DNA of 64,000 nucleotides from Vicugna vicugna (Eukaryota). The position numbers and the translations under genes are program-made. The stretch lies in the NCBI GenBank assembly GCA_013265495.1, contig MU058844.1, forward strand, positions 3,357,819 through 3,421,818, in the 5' to 3' direction. Below the pieces are notes generated by a model that worked only from the letters and a program-made list of their open reading frames with translations, ran no database searches and was not told the origin of the DNA. Below are positions 9,718 through 22,395 of this stretch, one piece after another. How positions within the stretch are numbered: position 1 is the first letter of the stretch; every line of letters starts with the position of its first letter.

Positions 9718-12700
9718 AAGAACACAATGGCAGTTTCGTCCTAAGCTGATACTAGCTTCAGGAAAGTCAAAGAGCCTTCAGAGAGCGTTAGTGAAGATTT
9801 ATTTTATCAGCGTTCACCCAGTGGTCATCTGTGAGAGCTCTGTAAAAGCTGTGGATTATTTTGGTATAAAACACTGAAACTGGGTGCACAGAGAGCTGCT
9901 GTTTAATATTTCAAAGTGCCTCACTTATGGGTTGTTTCATTTAAGAGCCTTGTCGATATGGTCTCTTCTTAAAGAAGTTGACTGTGACTTGTGATATCGA
10001 AAACATTTAAGTGCTGGACTTAATGATTGTAAAAGTCCAGGCACAATGGGGGATGATTTATGTAGATGGGTAAGTTCACTGCACATCCCATTTTTTAACA
10101 AAACTCAGAAATGTGCAGTTTGAGCTACTGCTACTTTGGTTGTACATAGAATTTGAATTTCATTTAGCCAGAACATTAAATTTTAGGTTTTGTTCATTTT
10201 TTTTAATTCTAATTTTCCTTTACTCAAAGAGCAATCAAGGAAAGTTAATCTTAAGGAGAAAGGCCTGGTTCAGACATATATGTGTCATCGGATGTGAATT
10301 TGAATGTGAGTTTAGAGATCTTTTAAATATACAGACATCTCAGAAGAATATGCCCACATCTGAATGAAATGAGAGATATTTACATTCCATACTTTGCAAA
10401 CTTGAGCTCTTGGACTTAACTGATCTATATGGATACCTCATATTGCTCTGATGTTGTAAGCTGTCCTCTCTGTGAACTTGTTTGTGTGTGTATAGGGCAT
10501 TTTCTGATTGCACTTCCTTAAGCTATGAATGTATTGGAGAGAGGGACTCATTCAGAATACTGTGCTTCCCTTTGTTAATGCTTAATTACTTAAAGTAAAC
10601 ACAGTGGGGGCCAACTATGTTTACTGAAATGTGTGAAACTGAAAGTGGGCCCTGTTCCACAAAGGCTGCAGAGCTCTTCTATGAGTTCTTGCTGATAAGG
10701 ACTTTTAAGGATTGATTTTAAGACAAGGGAAAAGGACTGGCTTGTTAATGGTGGATGCTACCTTCCAGCTCGTTTTCGGCACCTAGCCTGGAGCCTGGCA
10801 CTTAGGCAGCCGTCGTTAAGAGGGTGAGTGAATGAATGAATGAATGTGCCTATGGTCAGATCTTTTGGGCCTCAGTGTTCTCATCCGTGAAGTATCCATG
10901 TCTGGGTAGATCTCAAAGAGCCCTCCAGCTCTGGAATGTTACGCTTCTACATTCAGTCACTGTGCAGTCTTTACAACGGTTTTATCTCCTCCCCGTTAAC
11001 CTAGGTAATGTTGAGCAACGTTCAGTCCAGTTATGAAGCTGGAAGAGGGGAGTGGCTTTAAAAATTAAGCGAGCTGAGCTCAACTGAAGTGGTTTGTTTT
11101 GGACTGAGTGGAAAGTTGTTATGGTCAGTGTTTGTATTCCTTTTATTTTGACAACTGCTGAAACAATTTTTGTTTTCTGTCTTTAATCTTTCAAACTCTA
11201 AAAGTGGTCTTTGGGTCTAAGAATATGAATATTCCCAAACAAAATTATTTGAGAAGTAAACATAATTAAAAAAATTATTTTTACTGTTATTCTAATGTTA
11301 TGTCCAGAAAGCACAGGCTGAATTTAGAATTAAATTCCAGTTAGTTCACTTTGGTCTAGATTTATGAAAAATGCATGCTCCACAAAGAATCAGTCCAAGT
11401 ACTCACAAGTTGTTTTCAGTGTCAAAAATTTGATGACTTGGAGAGTAGAACTTTTGCAAAATTTAAATTTGGGAAATGTTTTTAGGATAACCATTTCAAA
11501 AAGTAAAATTGCTACAGATTTTGAATAGTTTGTTTCTTTTATATTACTTAAAGTGAAAATGAGTTAATAACTTCCTATATGTTATGTAGCAAAGAATTGT
11601 CCAAATTCCAGTAAAGAATTGTCCAAATTCCACGTGCAATGTGCGTGGCCCTGAATTTTGCAGAAGGGTTGATTTCAGAAGGGTAGCAGATACCCTCCTA
11701 AACCCACCCTCACCCCTTGCTCAGTCTGCCTTATTGTTTTTAAAATCACCATTTCTCTTTTATTTATTTTTGTTGTTCTTCTTAGCCCCTTATCATATGG
11801 GAGATTTGATACATTCTGGATGTATTTATTGGAATTGTTTTTATTCTGGTATCTTGCTGCTCCTGTCAAAAGGGAAAGGGAGCACTTGAGAAGTAAAGCG
11901 CTTAGTTCTTTACTTACTTTTTGCCTAAATTGCAGGGTGTGACGCATTAATCTTTGTGGAAGAAAATTTAGGCTAGTGTTTTATTTATATCAATAATTGG
12001 GAATAGGTAGGTCATTCATCCCTCACAATAATGGAAGTGAAAAACAAGAAGAACAAGACTTTTGCATCTTCTATATAGGCATTTCCGATTTAAGTCCAAA
12101 AACACACTGTAAAACTACAAACAAAATATATTTTGATTCCCTACTTCTAATTTATTGGTACCAAAGTTCTCTTTTGCTGTAGATAATTAAGAGTTGATCT
12201 TTTAAATTAATTTACATGCTTAAAAACAGTTTTAGTAACAATTTGGTAGACAAGAAGTTTCAACTTTAAATGGTCACTATATCATTTAGCGTCCAATTCC
12301 GTGAATAGATTGACTACCTAAATAGGCATTTTTAGCAGTCTTTTTTTTTTAATGTTAACCTAATCATCTGCAAGATCTCTATAACTGAAAATAACTTGTT
12401 TGTAAAAGAAAATCTGTCTATGCACCCAGCAGTAGGCTCCTGAGTATTCATTATATGTTGGCAAATCAAACTTTTCTAAGTTGATGACAGGAGGTTATTT
12501 TTAAGTTGTGTATTTTTAGTTAGTTTCAATTTTAATTAACTAAGGGTCTCAATTTTAATTAATAAAATACTTAGCTTTGACTTGTTTGTCCTTTTGAATT
12601 GCTGTTTTAATAATACTTTTAAATGAGCACAAGAATGTTAAGGTTCAGATTAATCTCTTTTGAATGATGAATTTTTTTCTGGGTGATGAATGGTTTCCAT

Positions 12701-12751
12701 CCTTTTTTTCCTTTTGTTAATGGTGTTTGCAATATTGATTAAGACATTTGA

Positions 12752-12757
12752 AATAAA
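12752..12757 (+). terminator. Candidate GALNT4 poly(A) signal (about 3 kb 3' UTR)
   Basis: AATAAA preceded by U-rich sequence at the end of a largely repeat-poor AT-rich stretch after the stop codon; a second AATAAA is at 12561-12566. Confidence 0.55.
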
Positions 12758-13519
12758 GTGTGTGCCTAATTTTTAGAAATGGATTCTGATGATTTTAGTC
12801 TATGGGATCACTCCTCCTGTGTACACATTTGTTGATGGTAACAGAAGTAAGTTAAGCTTGTAATTGTTTAACTTATTTGAAAGTGCAGACAGTAGAAGAT
12901 TTTTAAAAAATCAAATCTCTTGTATTATTTTGCAAAGTCTCATTAACCAGCAAGTATTCTGAATTGGTGTTAACACTATTAATGCATTAACTACTCATAG
13001 ACAAACTGGAAATGATCAGGGATCTCTGGGACCCACTGGGGGCACTATAAAAGGAAGCAGGTGGCCACCTGTGTACATTAGCACAAATTTAAAAATCCTG
13101 GTCTGAAAAGAAATACGTCTGTCTTATAAACTGCATAGCCTCACATTTCCCTCAACCCTCTCTCTGCATCACCCTGTCCCTAAGTGCATTTCCCGCCCAC
13201 CAGTAGCATCTTTCTTCCTCTTAAATGATTTCTGCCTAATGCCCTTCAGCCCTTCCTCTCCCAGCCTGACATTGCCTGAGCATCAATAGTCTAAGGGCTC
13301 TGTTTATGTATCAGATGTTTTACAGCCACTTTTAGGGTATGTGTAGTCAAGCTGAATATACTTTCACTGATCTTATTTTTTTAATATAGTTTTAAAAGTT
13401 ATTATAAACACATGTGTTATGATCTTGCTAATAATGAGAAATACAATCTTCCTAGTAAGTTTCTAAGTGACTGTAACCCTATGCAAGTCATCTAATCTCT
13501 CTGTTTCAATTTCATAAGT

Positions 13520-13765
13520 GTAAAAAAAAAGACTGGAAAATCCATAGAGACAGGACATTAGTGGTTTCCAGGGGCTGGGGGAGGAAGGAATAGAGAACGA
13601 TTGCTAATGAGGATGGGTTTTTTGGAGGATGTGGTAGTGGTGATGAGAATGTTCTGGAACTAGTGACAATGGTTGTTTGAATTTGGGCATAACAGTGAGA
13701 TTTGTACACTTCAAAAGGGTGAATTTATGGTATGTGAATTGTACCGCAATAGAAAAAAACAAAAC
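13520..13765 (+). mobile_element. L1MB/MC-type 3' end
   Basis: aaatccatagagacag...ttagtggtttccagggg...gatgagaatgttctggaactag...gaatttatggtatgtgaattgtacc. Confidence 0.75.
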
Positions 13766-14772
13766 AAAACCTTAGTGGAGAAAAAGAGTCTGGAGAATTT
13801 CATGTTTTGCAGGAAAGATTGTTCTTTTCTACGTCCCTCTGAGCATTCTAGACTTTAAAACAGGCCGGCAACATTTATTATTAATACTTGAGTCATTCTG
13901 TAATTCAGCAGAATTAAGGAAGTTATATATGTGAATTTCCCAGCTTATTATTAGGCTGCAGGTAGAAATCAGTTTGTATCAGTTTCTCCTAAAATTTCAG
14001 AAAAACCTGAATCAATCCCTTTCAACAGGAGGTAGATATTATTACAAAAGGTGAAATGAGTTCCTGAAGTGTATAGTTGTTTATGGCAGAACTGAAGTCT
14101 ACCGAGGTCCTTCCAACTTGCTAGTAATCTGGTACTGTTTTTTCCTTTTGTGCCAGCTTGATCACTTCCCCAGGCTGGCCTGGGAGGAGTGTCACCTGCA
14201 GGCCAGCAGTGTCCTCAGCTGTCTGGTCACCATTCTAATCCATTTATTTACACTTAACTAATCCTGCTCAAAAAAGGAATAGGAGGTACTCTGTTTACTT
14301 AGTACTCTTTTTTTGTTGTTGTTAATTCTGCTGTGTCAGGTGCTTGGGTGTACAAACAGGTGTACAAAACAGATGGGCTTCTTATGGTGGTATGAGGAAT
14401 TCACGGTCCAGTGACAGAGACAAATGTTAACAAGTAAACATCCAAATCATGTGCAGGTACAACTCAAAACAGGGAAATGGCTGAATGCTGTGAAGAAAGG
14501 GAACAGGCTTCTTTGAGGGGTGATAACCAGTTTATGGGGTCAAAGAACACTTCTGTGTGGAAGTTAGATTTAACTCAAGACCTTAAAGGAAAGTTATGTA
14601 GGCAAAGGCTAGAGGCAGAATAGCAAATGCAAAGGTGGGAAAGATCTTGCCCTTGATCAAGGAAATAAAAGAAGGCCAGAATGGGTAGAGCTGTAAACAA
14701 AGAAAGAAAGAGAGCTCTGGGAGATGAAATTGCAAGGGGAGACAGAGGCAGCTTGCATAAATCCTTGGAGGC

Positions 14773-15138
14773 TATAATGGGTTAAATGGTGACCCTCCAA
14801 AAGATGTGTCCATATCCTAATCTCTGTAACCTGTAATGTGACCTTGTTTGAAAGAAAAGGTCTTTGCAGTTCCCATGATCAAAGATCCCGAGCAAGTATC
14901 ATACTGAATTATCTGCCAGAGGCAGAGGTTGGAATGACAGCCTCCAGCCAAGGAGATCCTGAAGGCCCCCGAAGCTGGAAAAGGCAAGGAATGAAATCTC
15001 TGGATTCTTTAGAGGGAGTGTGGTCCTGCCAACACCTTGATTTTGACTTCTGGCCTCCAGAACTGTGAGAGAATCCATTTGTTGTTTTAAGCCTTCAAGT
15101 TTTTGCTGATTTGTTATGGCAGCCACAGGAAATGAAAT
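14773..15138 (+). mobile_element. MLT1 (MaLR) solo LTR inserted in L2
   Basis: ccctccaaaagat...gtgaccttgtttgaaa...ggtctttgcag...ccaacaccttgattttgacttctggcctccagaactgtgaga...ttgttatggcagcc; L2-like sequence on both sides. Confidence 0.8.
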
Positions 15139-17547
15139 TTTAGGTTTTGTTCTGACAGTTGTGGGAAGTTTTTGAAGAATTTTACATAAGGGAATGACAC
15201 AACTTGATTTATACCTCAAAAATTTCCCTTTGGTTACTACGTGGAGATTGAACTACTGTTAGTAGAGAAATCAATTAGGAGCTATTATAGTGATATAATA
15301 ATCTCAGCAGGAGATGATGGTGGTTCAGACTAGGGCGGCGGTCCTCTAACTTGGGTGATGGTCTGGGAGAGAGGGAAATTTGGGAGTTAGTAGCATTTGG
15401 GAGTAGTAGAATAGGTGAAGTCCCCTGGGAAGAACATAGAATCATGAGGGCACATGCCTCATTTCTGAGTCCTGAAGATCTCCAGCTTTTATATCAGAAA
15501 AGGAGACAACAAAAGAATCAAGGAAGGAACAGTTGGGAAAATAGGAAGGAAAGCCATTGTAATAGAGTATCATGAAAGCCAAGTTGTGAATAGAGCGGGG
15601 TACAAATGTTGACAAGAGGGGAGAAGATACTAAATAGTCACTAGAGAGAGTTGGGGAGGGAGTTAAAGAGCTGAGCACTGCTGGGCAGTGTGGAAGACCC
15701 ATGTGCAATTGGTGACCGTGAATTTACAGCGCTCCCAGCCTTCCCGGGGTGTGTCTCACAGTCCTCACGGGCACAGATACAGTCTAAGAAAAGACAGAGT
15801 GGCTGGAATTTTTCCAGGGGAATTGGAAGGAAGGAGGAAAAGTCAAAGGATTGAAGATACGTGTAAGAGAGGGATTATAAATTGGATTAGGAGAGAAATG
15901 AAGATGAATAAATTGGATAGTGAAATGAAGATAGTGAAAAGAGAGCCTCGGTGGAGAACGTAGGTCAGTGGATTAGAGTTCTGGATGAGATAGAAGCTGC
16001 TGAACAAGAAGACTCTAAGGAAAGCATGTTGCCCAAGGACGGTGGGTTCAGTTAAGGGTCAGGGAGGTGTTCGTTCTGCCAGGATCCAGGGTGTGACCAT
16101 GGAATGGGTTGCTGAGGGAGCATGAAAGAAAAGGTCTTTGGAGAGGCCTGGTTGTCCCTGGGTCTGAAATGTTCTTCGGCACATCACTCTGCTTGGCTGG
16201 CTCCCTCTTGTCCTTTGTACCTCTGCCTAAAGTGCCACTCCATTCAGATCACTCCCTCTGAATTAAGTATTCTACCCCCACACAAAATTCTCGTTATGGC
16301 ATCCTGCTTTATCTGTCATGTCTCTTAACATGATTTAAAATGGTATGTTTGCCTGCAGGTTGACTTGTTTCCCTCTTTTCCACTTGAATTTAAGCTCCCC
16401 ACGTAGAGTTTTTGCCTATTTTGTTACTTAGGACTCCCCACACTGCACCCACCATGCTTTATGTTGTTGGGGTGAGATATCTGCGGAAGGAACTAATAAT
16501 ACAGAGTTGGAACAGAAAGAAAGACTGAGCTGAAGTAGGTCAAACAGGAAAGAGAAAATGATTGTCACTTGAAAGGGTTGTAGGGAACTTGATGTCCCCA
16601 AGCAGAGTCAAAGTGTGAGTAGTTAAGTAGGAGGAGGGACTTTCGGAGAGGAGGCTGTATCTATAAGGGAGATCACATGGTGGGTGTTGCTCTGGCCTGG
16701 CAGTAGCTCTGGGGAAGGATAGAAGGCCTGGGTCCCAGGGTCAGCTAAGGGGATATCGGAGCATTATGGAAATGAGTGCAGGACGACTGATGACCAGAGG
16801 GGCTGAAGGCTTAAACTTTTGGCTGTTATAGGGGGCATGGAGCATGATGTGTGGTGGATTTATACTCAGTAGCCTCTTGGAAGGTGATGGGACCTTGGGT
16901 TTCACAGGGTAGTTTGGGGGGTGATAGGAGGGGAAAGGATGGAGAAACGATAACCTGTGAAAGGCCCTCCCTTATGGAGGCAAAAACAGAGAGCTCAGTA
17001 GCTTTGCTGAAGTGTGTAGCCAGTAAGCCGCACAGCCTGGCTGAGCCCGATTTCCAGTCACCTTCTGGAGCTGCACTCTTTCCATTAGGCCAGTTCCCCA
17101 GAGCGCTGCAGTCGAGTTTATACAAACTTTAGAAGAGTTTGAAAGTATTTTCACATGATTTGCATAATCTGAGCTACATTTTAGAAGTTTCCATTTAAAA
17201 TTATGTAATTTTAACGTTGACGTTATCACCCCCCTCCCACCTTTGCCCTCTGGGTTACCCTGTCATTGACTCAATCCTTATTAACCTATGGGATGTTTAT
17301 AGACTAACTGATGGTAAAGTACAAATTTATTTTTCCTTGTTCTGACTGAAGAGAAACAGAATGGAATTTTGAATTTTTAAGTTATTTTCCTCACAGTGAA
17401 ACCACCATAAAACTTTGCCAGAAGTTCTTTTTCTGTTATGGTTCTTGATGGTAGCCTGTGCAGCAGCTTTATATACTGTTATAGTTTAAAATATTAGTCC
17501 CAAGTGCTAAAGTAATCTCCAGAGTGCACTGAGAGGCAGCTGCAGAG

Positions 17548-17960
17548 TACGGTGTTTCTCAGATTTCGACGTACATCGGAATTAACTGAGAAAGTGTTCA
17601 AAAGTTCAGATTCCTAGGTCTCACTCTAAAGAATGTAACTTACTAGAAATATGCGTTTTTATAACAAGGTCCCCAGTAATTCTAATGGAGATAATCCGTA
17701 AATCCCCAGTGCTTCTCAAAGCACTGGGTTCTTGGTTATATGCCCAGGCTTTGGAGTTGGATAGAACTGGGCTATCCTTGGAGCTCTGCAACTTTCCATC
17801 CTGCGTGACTGGGGGCAGGTCAGTTAACGTCACCAAGCCTCGTTTCCTCATGCATGAAAGAGGGATAATGATAGTTACCTGCCTTGTGAGGGTTAAGTGA
17901 AAGAATGCCTACCAAGTTCTTCAGAGTACTTGGCCCGTAGTCGCAACTCAGCAAGAGTTT
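17548..17960 (+). mobile_element. MER5-like remnant followed by MIR
   Basis: tttataacaaggtccccagtaattctaatg, then MIR core (gcctcgtttcctcatgcatgaaagagggataatgatagttacct). Confidence 0.65.
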
Positions 17961-18935
17961 GTGTTGCTGTGATTGTCAGTCCTCATCAAGATATGGATTT
18001 GAACAAGTTAAATTTCTTTAGAATGTCATTACTAAAGATTATTTTTTAAAGGAACCACAACTCCATTGAGACTCTGTTTACACTACCAAGTTAATTAGTG
18101 TCAGGTAGCAGGAAAATTATCCCCTCATTCAGGGCAGAGGAATTTTAAGTTAGTGCCACCACTTAATTATATTATTGCACAGTGCTTGGGTAGTACCAGC
18201 TCATTCTGAAAGTACTGGATAGGGCATTAACGTTTATCTAGTGATGATGAGAATATTGCCTTTCTATTATGCAGCCCTCTCCCGTATTGCCGTCTGGTTA
18301 CGGATGTGTGTGGCTGGGTATTACATTTTCTCTTCTTAAAAATGTTTATGGTGAACTCCTTCTTGTAGATTTCCTTAGAAGATTTCCTTGTTTATATTTC
18401 CCTGAAGAAGGTGATCCAGTGTTTCTGTTGTGACCCAAAGAAAAGAATGAATCTAGAAATGCAACAGAAAGTACAAAAGCGTAGAGACCTCAAACTACAC
18501 AGTTGAGGTTCATTCTGGTGGTGGATTTTAAAGTAGGACATAATGAGAGTAGAAAATATATTGAAGGACTTCCAAAATAACTGAAAAATTCAAGAATTTC
18601 TGTATCAATGTGATTGAGTTATTAGAACTCTCTTGAATATGGAATGAAAAGGCCTGAGAGGGATATACTCCAAATTTGTAAAGCTGTAAGAGATACTATA
18701 TTATGTACATGGAACTTTTTAGTAAATTCTAAAATATGTACTCTGAGGCATCGGTAATTCTTTTGGGAATTTAGCACAGTGGTATCATGCACATGTCAGG
18801 AACGACACATGTACATCACAGCATCATTTGTAAAATTACAAGACCCTAACCAACCTAAATAGTGTAGACAGGTTAAATAAATTAAGGGATAGCTGCACCA
18901 CGGAATACTATGCAGCTGTTGAAAAGGCTAAGGCA

Positions 18936-21140
18936 GACTTCTGCCTCCAGTCATGACAGTAGCTGGTAACCAAACTTGCTCTCCAGCTGAAACCAACTGT
19001 AAAATGAGAATATAGGAGGCAGCTGTTTTCAGGCATTGAGCAACAAAGAATGTGAAGCTGTGCTCTTTGCAAGAAGGAAACACAAGGTGAGCCCCACTCG
19101 GTCACCTTGGCTTTCTCCGTGGGGGCACTCTTTGTGCTGCACAGCAGAGAGGTGGTGACAGCCTGGCCGAGCTGAGGCACCAGAAGTTATAGTTCTGGCT
19201 GTGACGGGGCTGAAATGTGTGGCAGAATTCCTGAGAAGTTGCTGCTGAGTAGGGACGGCGGCCACAGGTGAGGTTTGGCTGAGGTTTAGGTTGAGGGTCT
19301 GTGAGGTCTAGCAGAGGTCACTTTCTGCCGGGCTGGAGGAGGACTGGCGATCCCAGTGACCATGCAGGGCTGGAAGTCCCTACAGCTCTAGCTGGGACGA
19401 AGGGGGAAATCCGGCCAAGCACCTCAGCTTGAGACACCAGGGAGACAGGCCTTGGGCATCAGGACCACACATGAAATAAAGGGCATGCCTGAAAACTAAA
19501 TTCAGACCTGAAGGAGATCCACTCTGACAACGGATAAAACCAAGTCTGACAAGATCGCAAAGGAGTAAAACTGCACCCTGAACTCTAGTTAGTAGGATTG
19601 CTTTCTGCCGTGGTGTGGATGGGTGGGTGGTTCTGAAAGTGTGTACTTTCACACTTGAACAGAAATATATTGAATGTAATGGGAGCCAGGTTTTTTACTG
19701 TATAAATGTGAGAACAGGGAGGGCTGGCATGTGTTCTGTGGCGTTAGATTGGAAGTGGAGTTATCAGTGTGAACTCATAATTTTTAGTATCTTTATCTTC
19801 ATTTCTCCCTATGGATAGATACAGCTTTCTGTTTATATCCAACTTCTTAGTTTTGTGTGCCGAGATTTCTGTTTATATCTTATTTCTTAGCTCTGTTCAC
19901 TGACACACCAGTATCAATGAGGAAACATAGTTTCCAGATCTTGGTTTCTAAATGCCATTCTGTATTAAAAGGAATCAGAGCTTCTTGAGGGGAAAACGGC
20001 CAATTCCAGGGCTGGCGCAGGGAAAGTGCATCTTAGAACGTCTTGGAATTCTAGAAATAATGAAGTACTCAAAGAATAATGGATGCACATCAGAAGGGCA
20101 CCGAGGCCAGCCGTAAGGGGCTCTTGCTAGCCAAATCTGGAACAATATGAGTCAGATGATAGTTTTGAATTATAACCCATTGAGTAAAATAATCTATGAG
20201 TTCACACTGACATAAGCAAGTAAATGAATAAATAGATAAATGGAGAAAAAGAGATTCTCCTTAAAATAATAAGTTAACAACTTAAATATTAGTTCATTAA
20301 TTAAACATTTATTAGTAAATTATAGAAAAATTGTGGGTTGGAAAATCATTGAAGGATGCTAAGATTAAGTGAATGACAGTTAATTGAGGAAGAGGATATT
20401 TTTATAGTTTAAAGTATCTCCCTACAAAAAGCTTATTAATTACAAAGGAGAAAAATTTTAACATTACAAAGCAAAACCCACCTAAACCAAGTGATCAAAG
20501 TTAATCTCACCAATACTAGGACAAACAGGTACCATGCGTACCCTAATAAGATGCACTGATATGGGCACAACATAATTTCTGTGGTATTCTTGTCAAAAAT
20601 GGATATCCTGAATCTAATGACAAGGAAACATCAGGAAAAACATTGATGAACTTGCTACAAAAATAATAGGTCTGCAGTCCTCAAAAATAGCAAGACCAAG
20701 AGTGATCTATAAAATTTTCCTCTTATTTTACAGGAGACTAAAGACACATGGCAATTAATGTCCTGCATGTTCTGGGTTATATCATGAATTAGAGAAAATA
20801 GCTATAATTGGCAAAGTCCATATATGTGCTGTGGATGAGATAATAATCTATTAAATAGTATTTAATTTCCTGATTTTGTTAATTATACTGTGGTTTATGT
20901 GAGTAAATGTCCTTTTTCTTAGGAAATACATACTGAAGTGTTTAGTATTAAAGAGACGTTATGTCTCTAACTTGATTTCCAATAGTTAAGAAAAAAATAT
21001 GCATCTATAAAAGTGTTTATGTAGAGAGAGAATAATAAAGCAAATGGACAATGATGGCAAAATCCAAGGTAGAGAAGATACAGGTGTTTCTTGTACTATC
21101 TTGTACTATTCTGTAAGCTTGAAATTACCAAAATAAAAAT
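18936..21140 (+). mobile_element. Old L1 (L1MC/MD-like): 5' UTR-like segment joined to a long 3' UTR
   Basis: Starts gacttctgcctccagtcatgac...ctgttttcaggcattg (L1M 5' end-like). Continues tcttggtttctaaatgccattct...aattccagggctgg and ends ctgtaagcttgaaattaccaaaataaaa (3' UTR). Confidence 0.6.
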
Positions 21141-21199
21141 TTATCAGAATCTTCTGATCTGTAGTCAGACACGGTATCCAGAGCACCGCTGGCCCCACC

Positions 21200-21700
21200 A
21201 GTGATTGGATAAAGAAGTTATGGTGTGGATATAAATATATATATATATATAGTGGGATACTACTCAGCCATAAAAAGAATGAAATAATGCCATTTGCAGC
21301 AACATGGATGGACATAGAGATTGACATTAAGTGAAGTAAATCAGACAAAGACAAATATATGATATCACTTACACGTGGAATCTAAAATGTGATACAAATG
21401 AATTTGTCTATAAAACAGAAGCAGGCTCACGTAGAAAGTGATCTTACAGTTACCAAAGGGGAAAGGGTCAGAGAGGGCTAAATTAGGAGTTTCGGATTAG
21501 CATTTACAAACTACTATATAGAAAATAGATAAACAACAAGGTCCTACTGTATAGCACAGGGGAGTATATTCAATATCTTATAATAAACTATAGTGGAAAA
21601 GAATATGAAAAAGAATATATATATGTATAACTGAATCACTTTGCTGTACACTGGAAACTAACACAACATTGTAAATCAACTATATTTTAATGAAAAAATT
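21200..21700 (+). mobile_element. Artiodactyl-type L1 3' end (relatively young)
   Basis: aatgccatttgcagcaacatggatggac...aacaacaaggtcctactgtatagcacaggg...ataactgaatcactttgctgtaca...aacacaacattgtaaatcaacta. Confidence 0.85.
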
Positions 21701-21859
21701 ATCGAAAATTAGTGGGGAAAGAATAAGGCTGCTCTCTCTGTTAATGAAGCATGATCTCCTGTACATAATTCTAAGTGGGCTGGGGAAGGGAGAATGGGGA
21801 GCAAAATGCAGAATGACAGGAATGCTATGCTACCATTTGTATAAAAAATAACGTAATAT

Positions 21860-22395
21860 CTTTGTATGGTGCCAGATGGCAACTAGACTTGTGGTGATCC
21901 CTTTGAAAGGTATAGAAATATCCTATCACTATGTCATGTCATGTACCAGAAACTAACACAGTGTTGTATGTAGATCAGTTATGCTTCAAAAACAAACAAA
22001 CTCATAGAAAAAAAGATCAGATCTGTGGTTACCAGAGATGGGAGTGGGAGGAGGGGGAACTGGATGAAGGTAGTCAAAAGCTACACACTTTCAGTTATAA
22101 GATAAATAAGTACTCAGGATGTAATGTACAACATGACAAAGATAATTAACACTGCTGTATGTTATACATGAAAGGTATTAGAAGAGTAAATCCTGAGTTC
22201 TCATCACAAAGAAAAATACTTTTTCCTGTTTCTTCAATGTTGTATCCATACGAGGTGATGGATGCTCACTAAACTTGTTATAGTAATCATTGTATGGTAT
22301 ATCTAAATCAAGTCATTATGCTGTACACCTTAAGCTCATACAGTGAAGTCTATCAATTATACCTCAATAAAACTGAAAGAAAAAATAAAAATGAC
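21860..22395 (+). mobile_element. L1 3' fragments (L1MA9-like)
   Basis: gtggttaccagag...gatgaaggtagtcaaaag...attaacactgctg...attatacctcaataaaactg plus A-tail. Confidence 0.75.
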
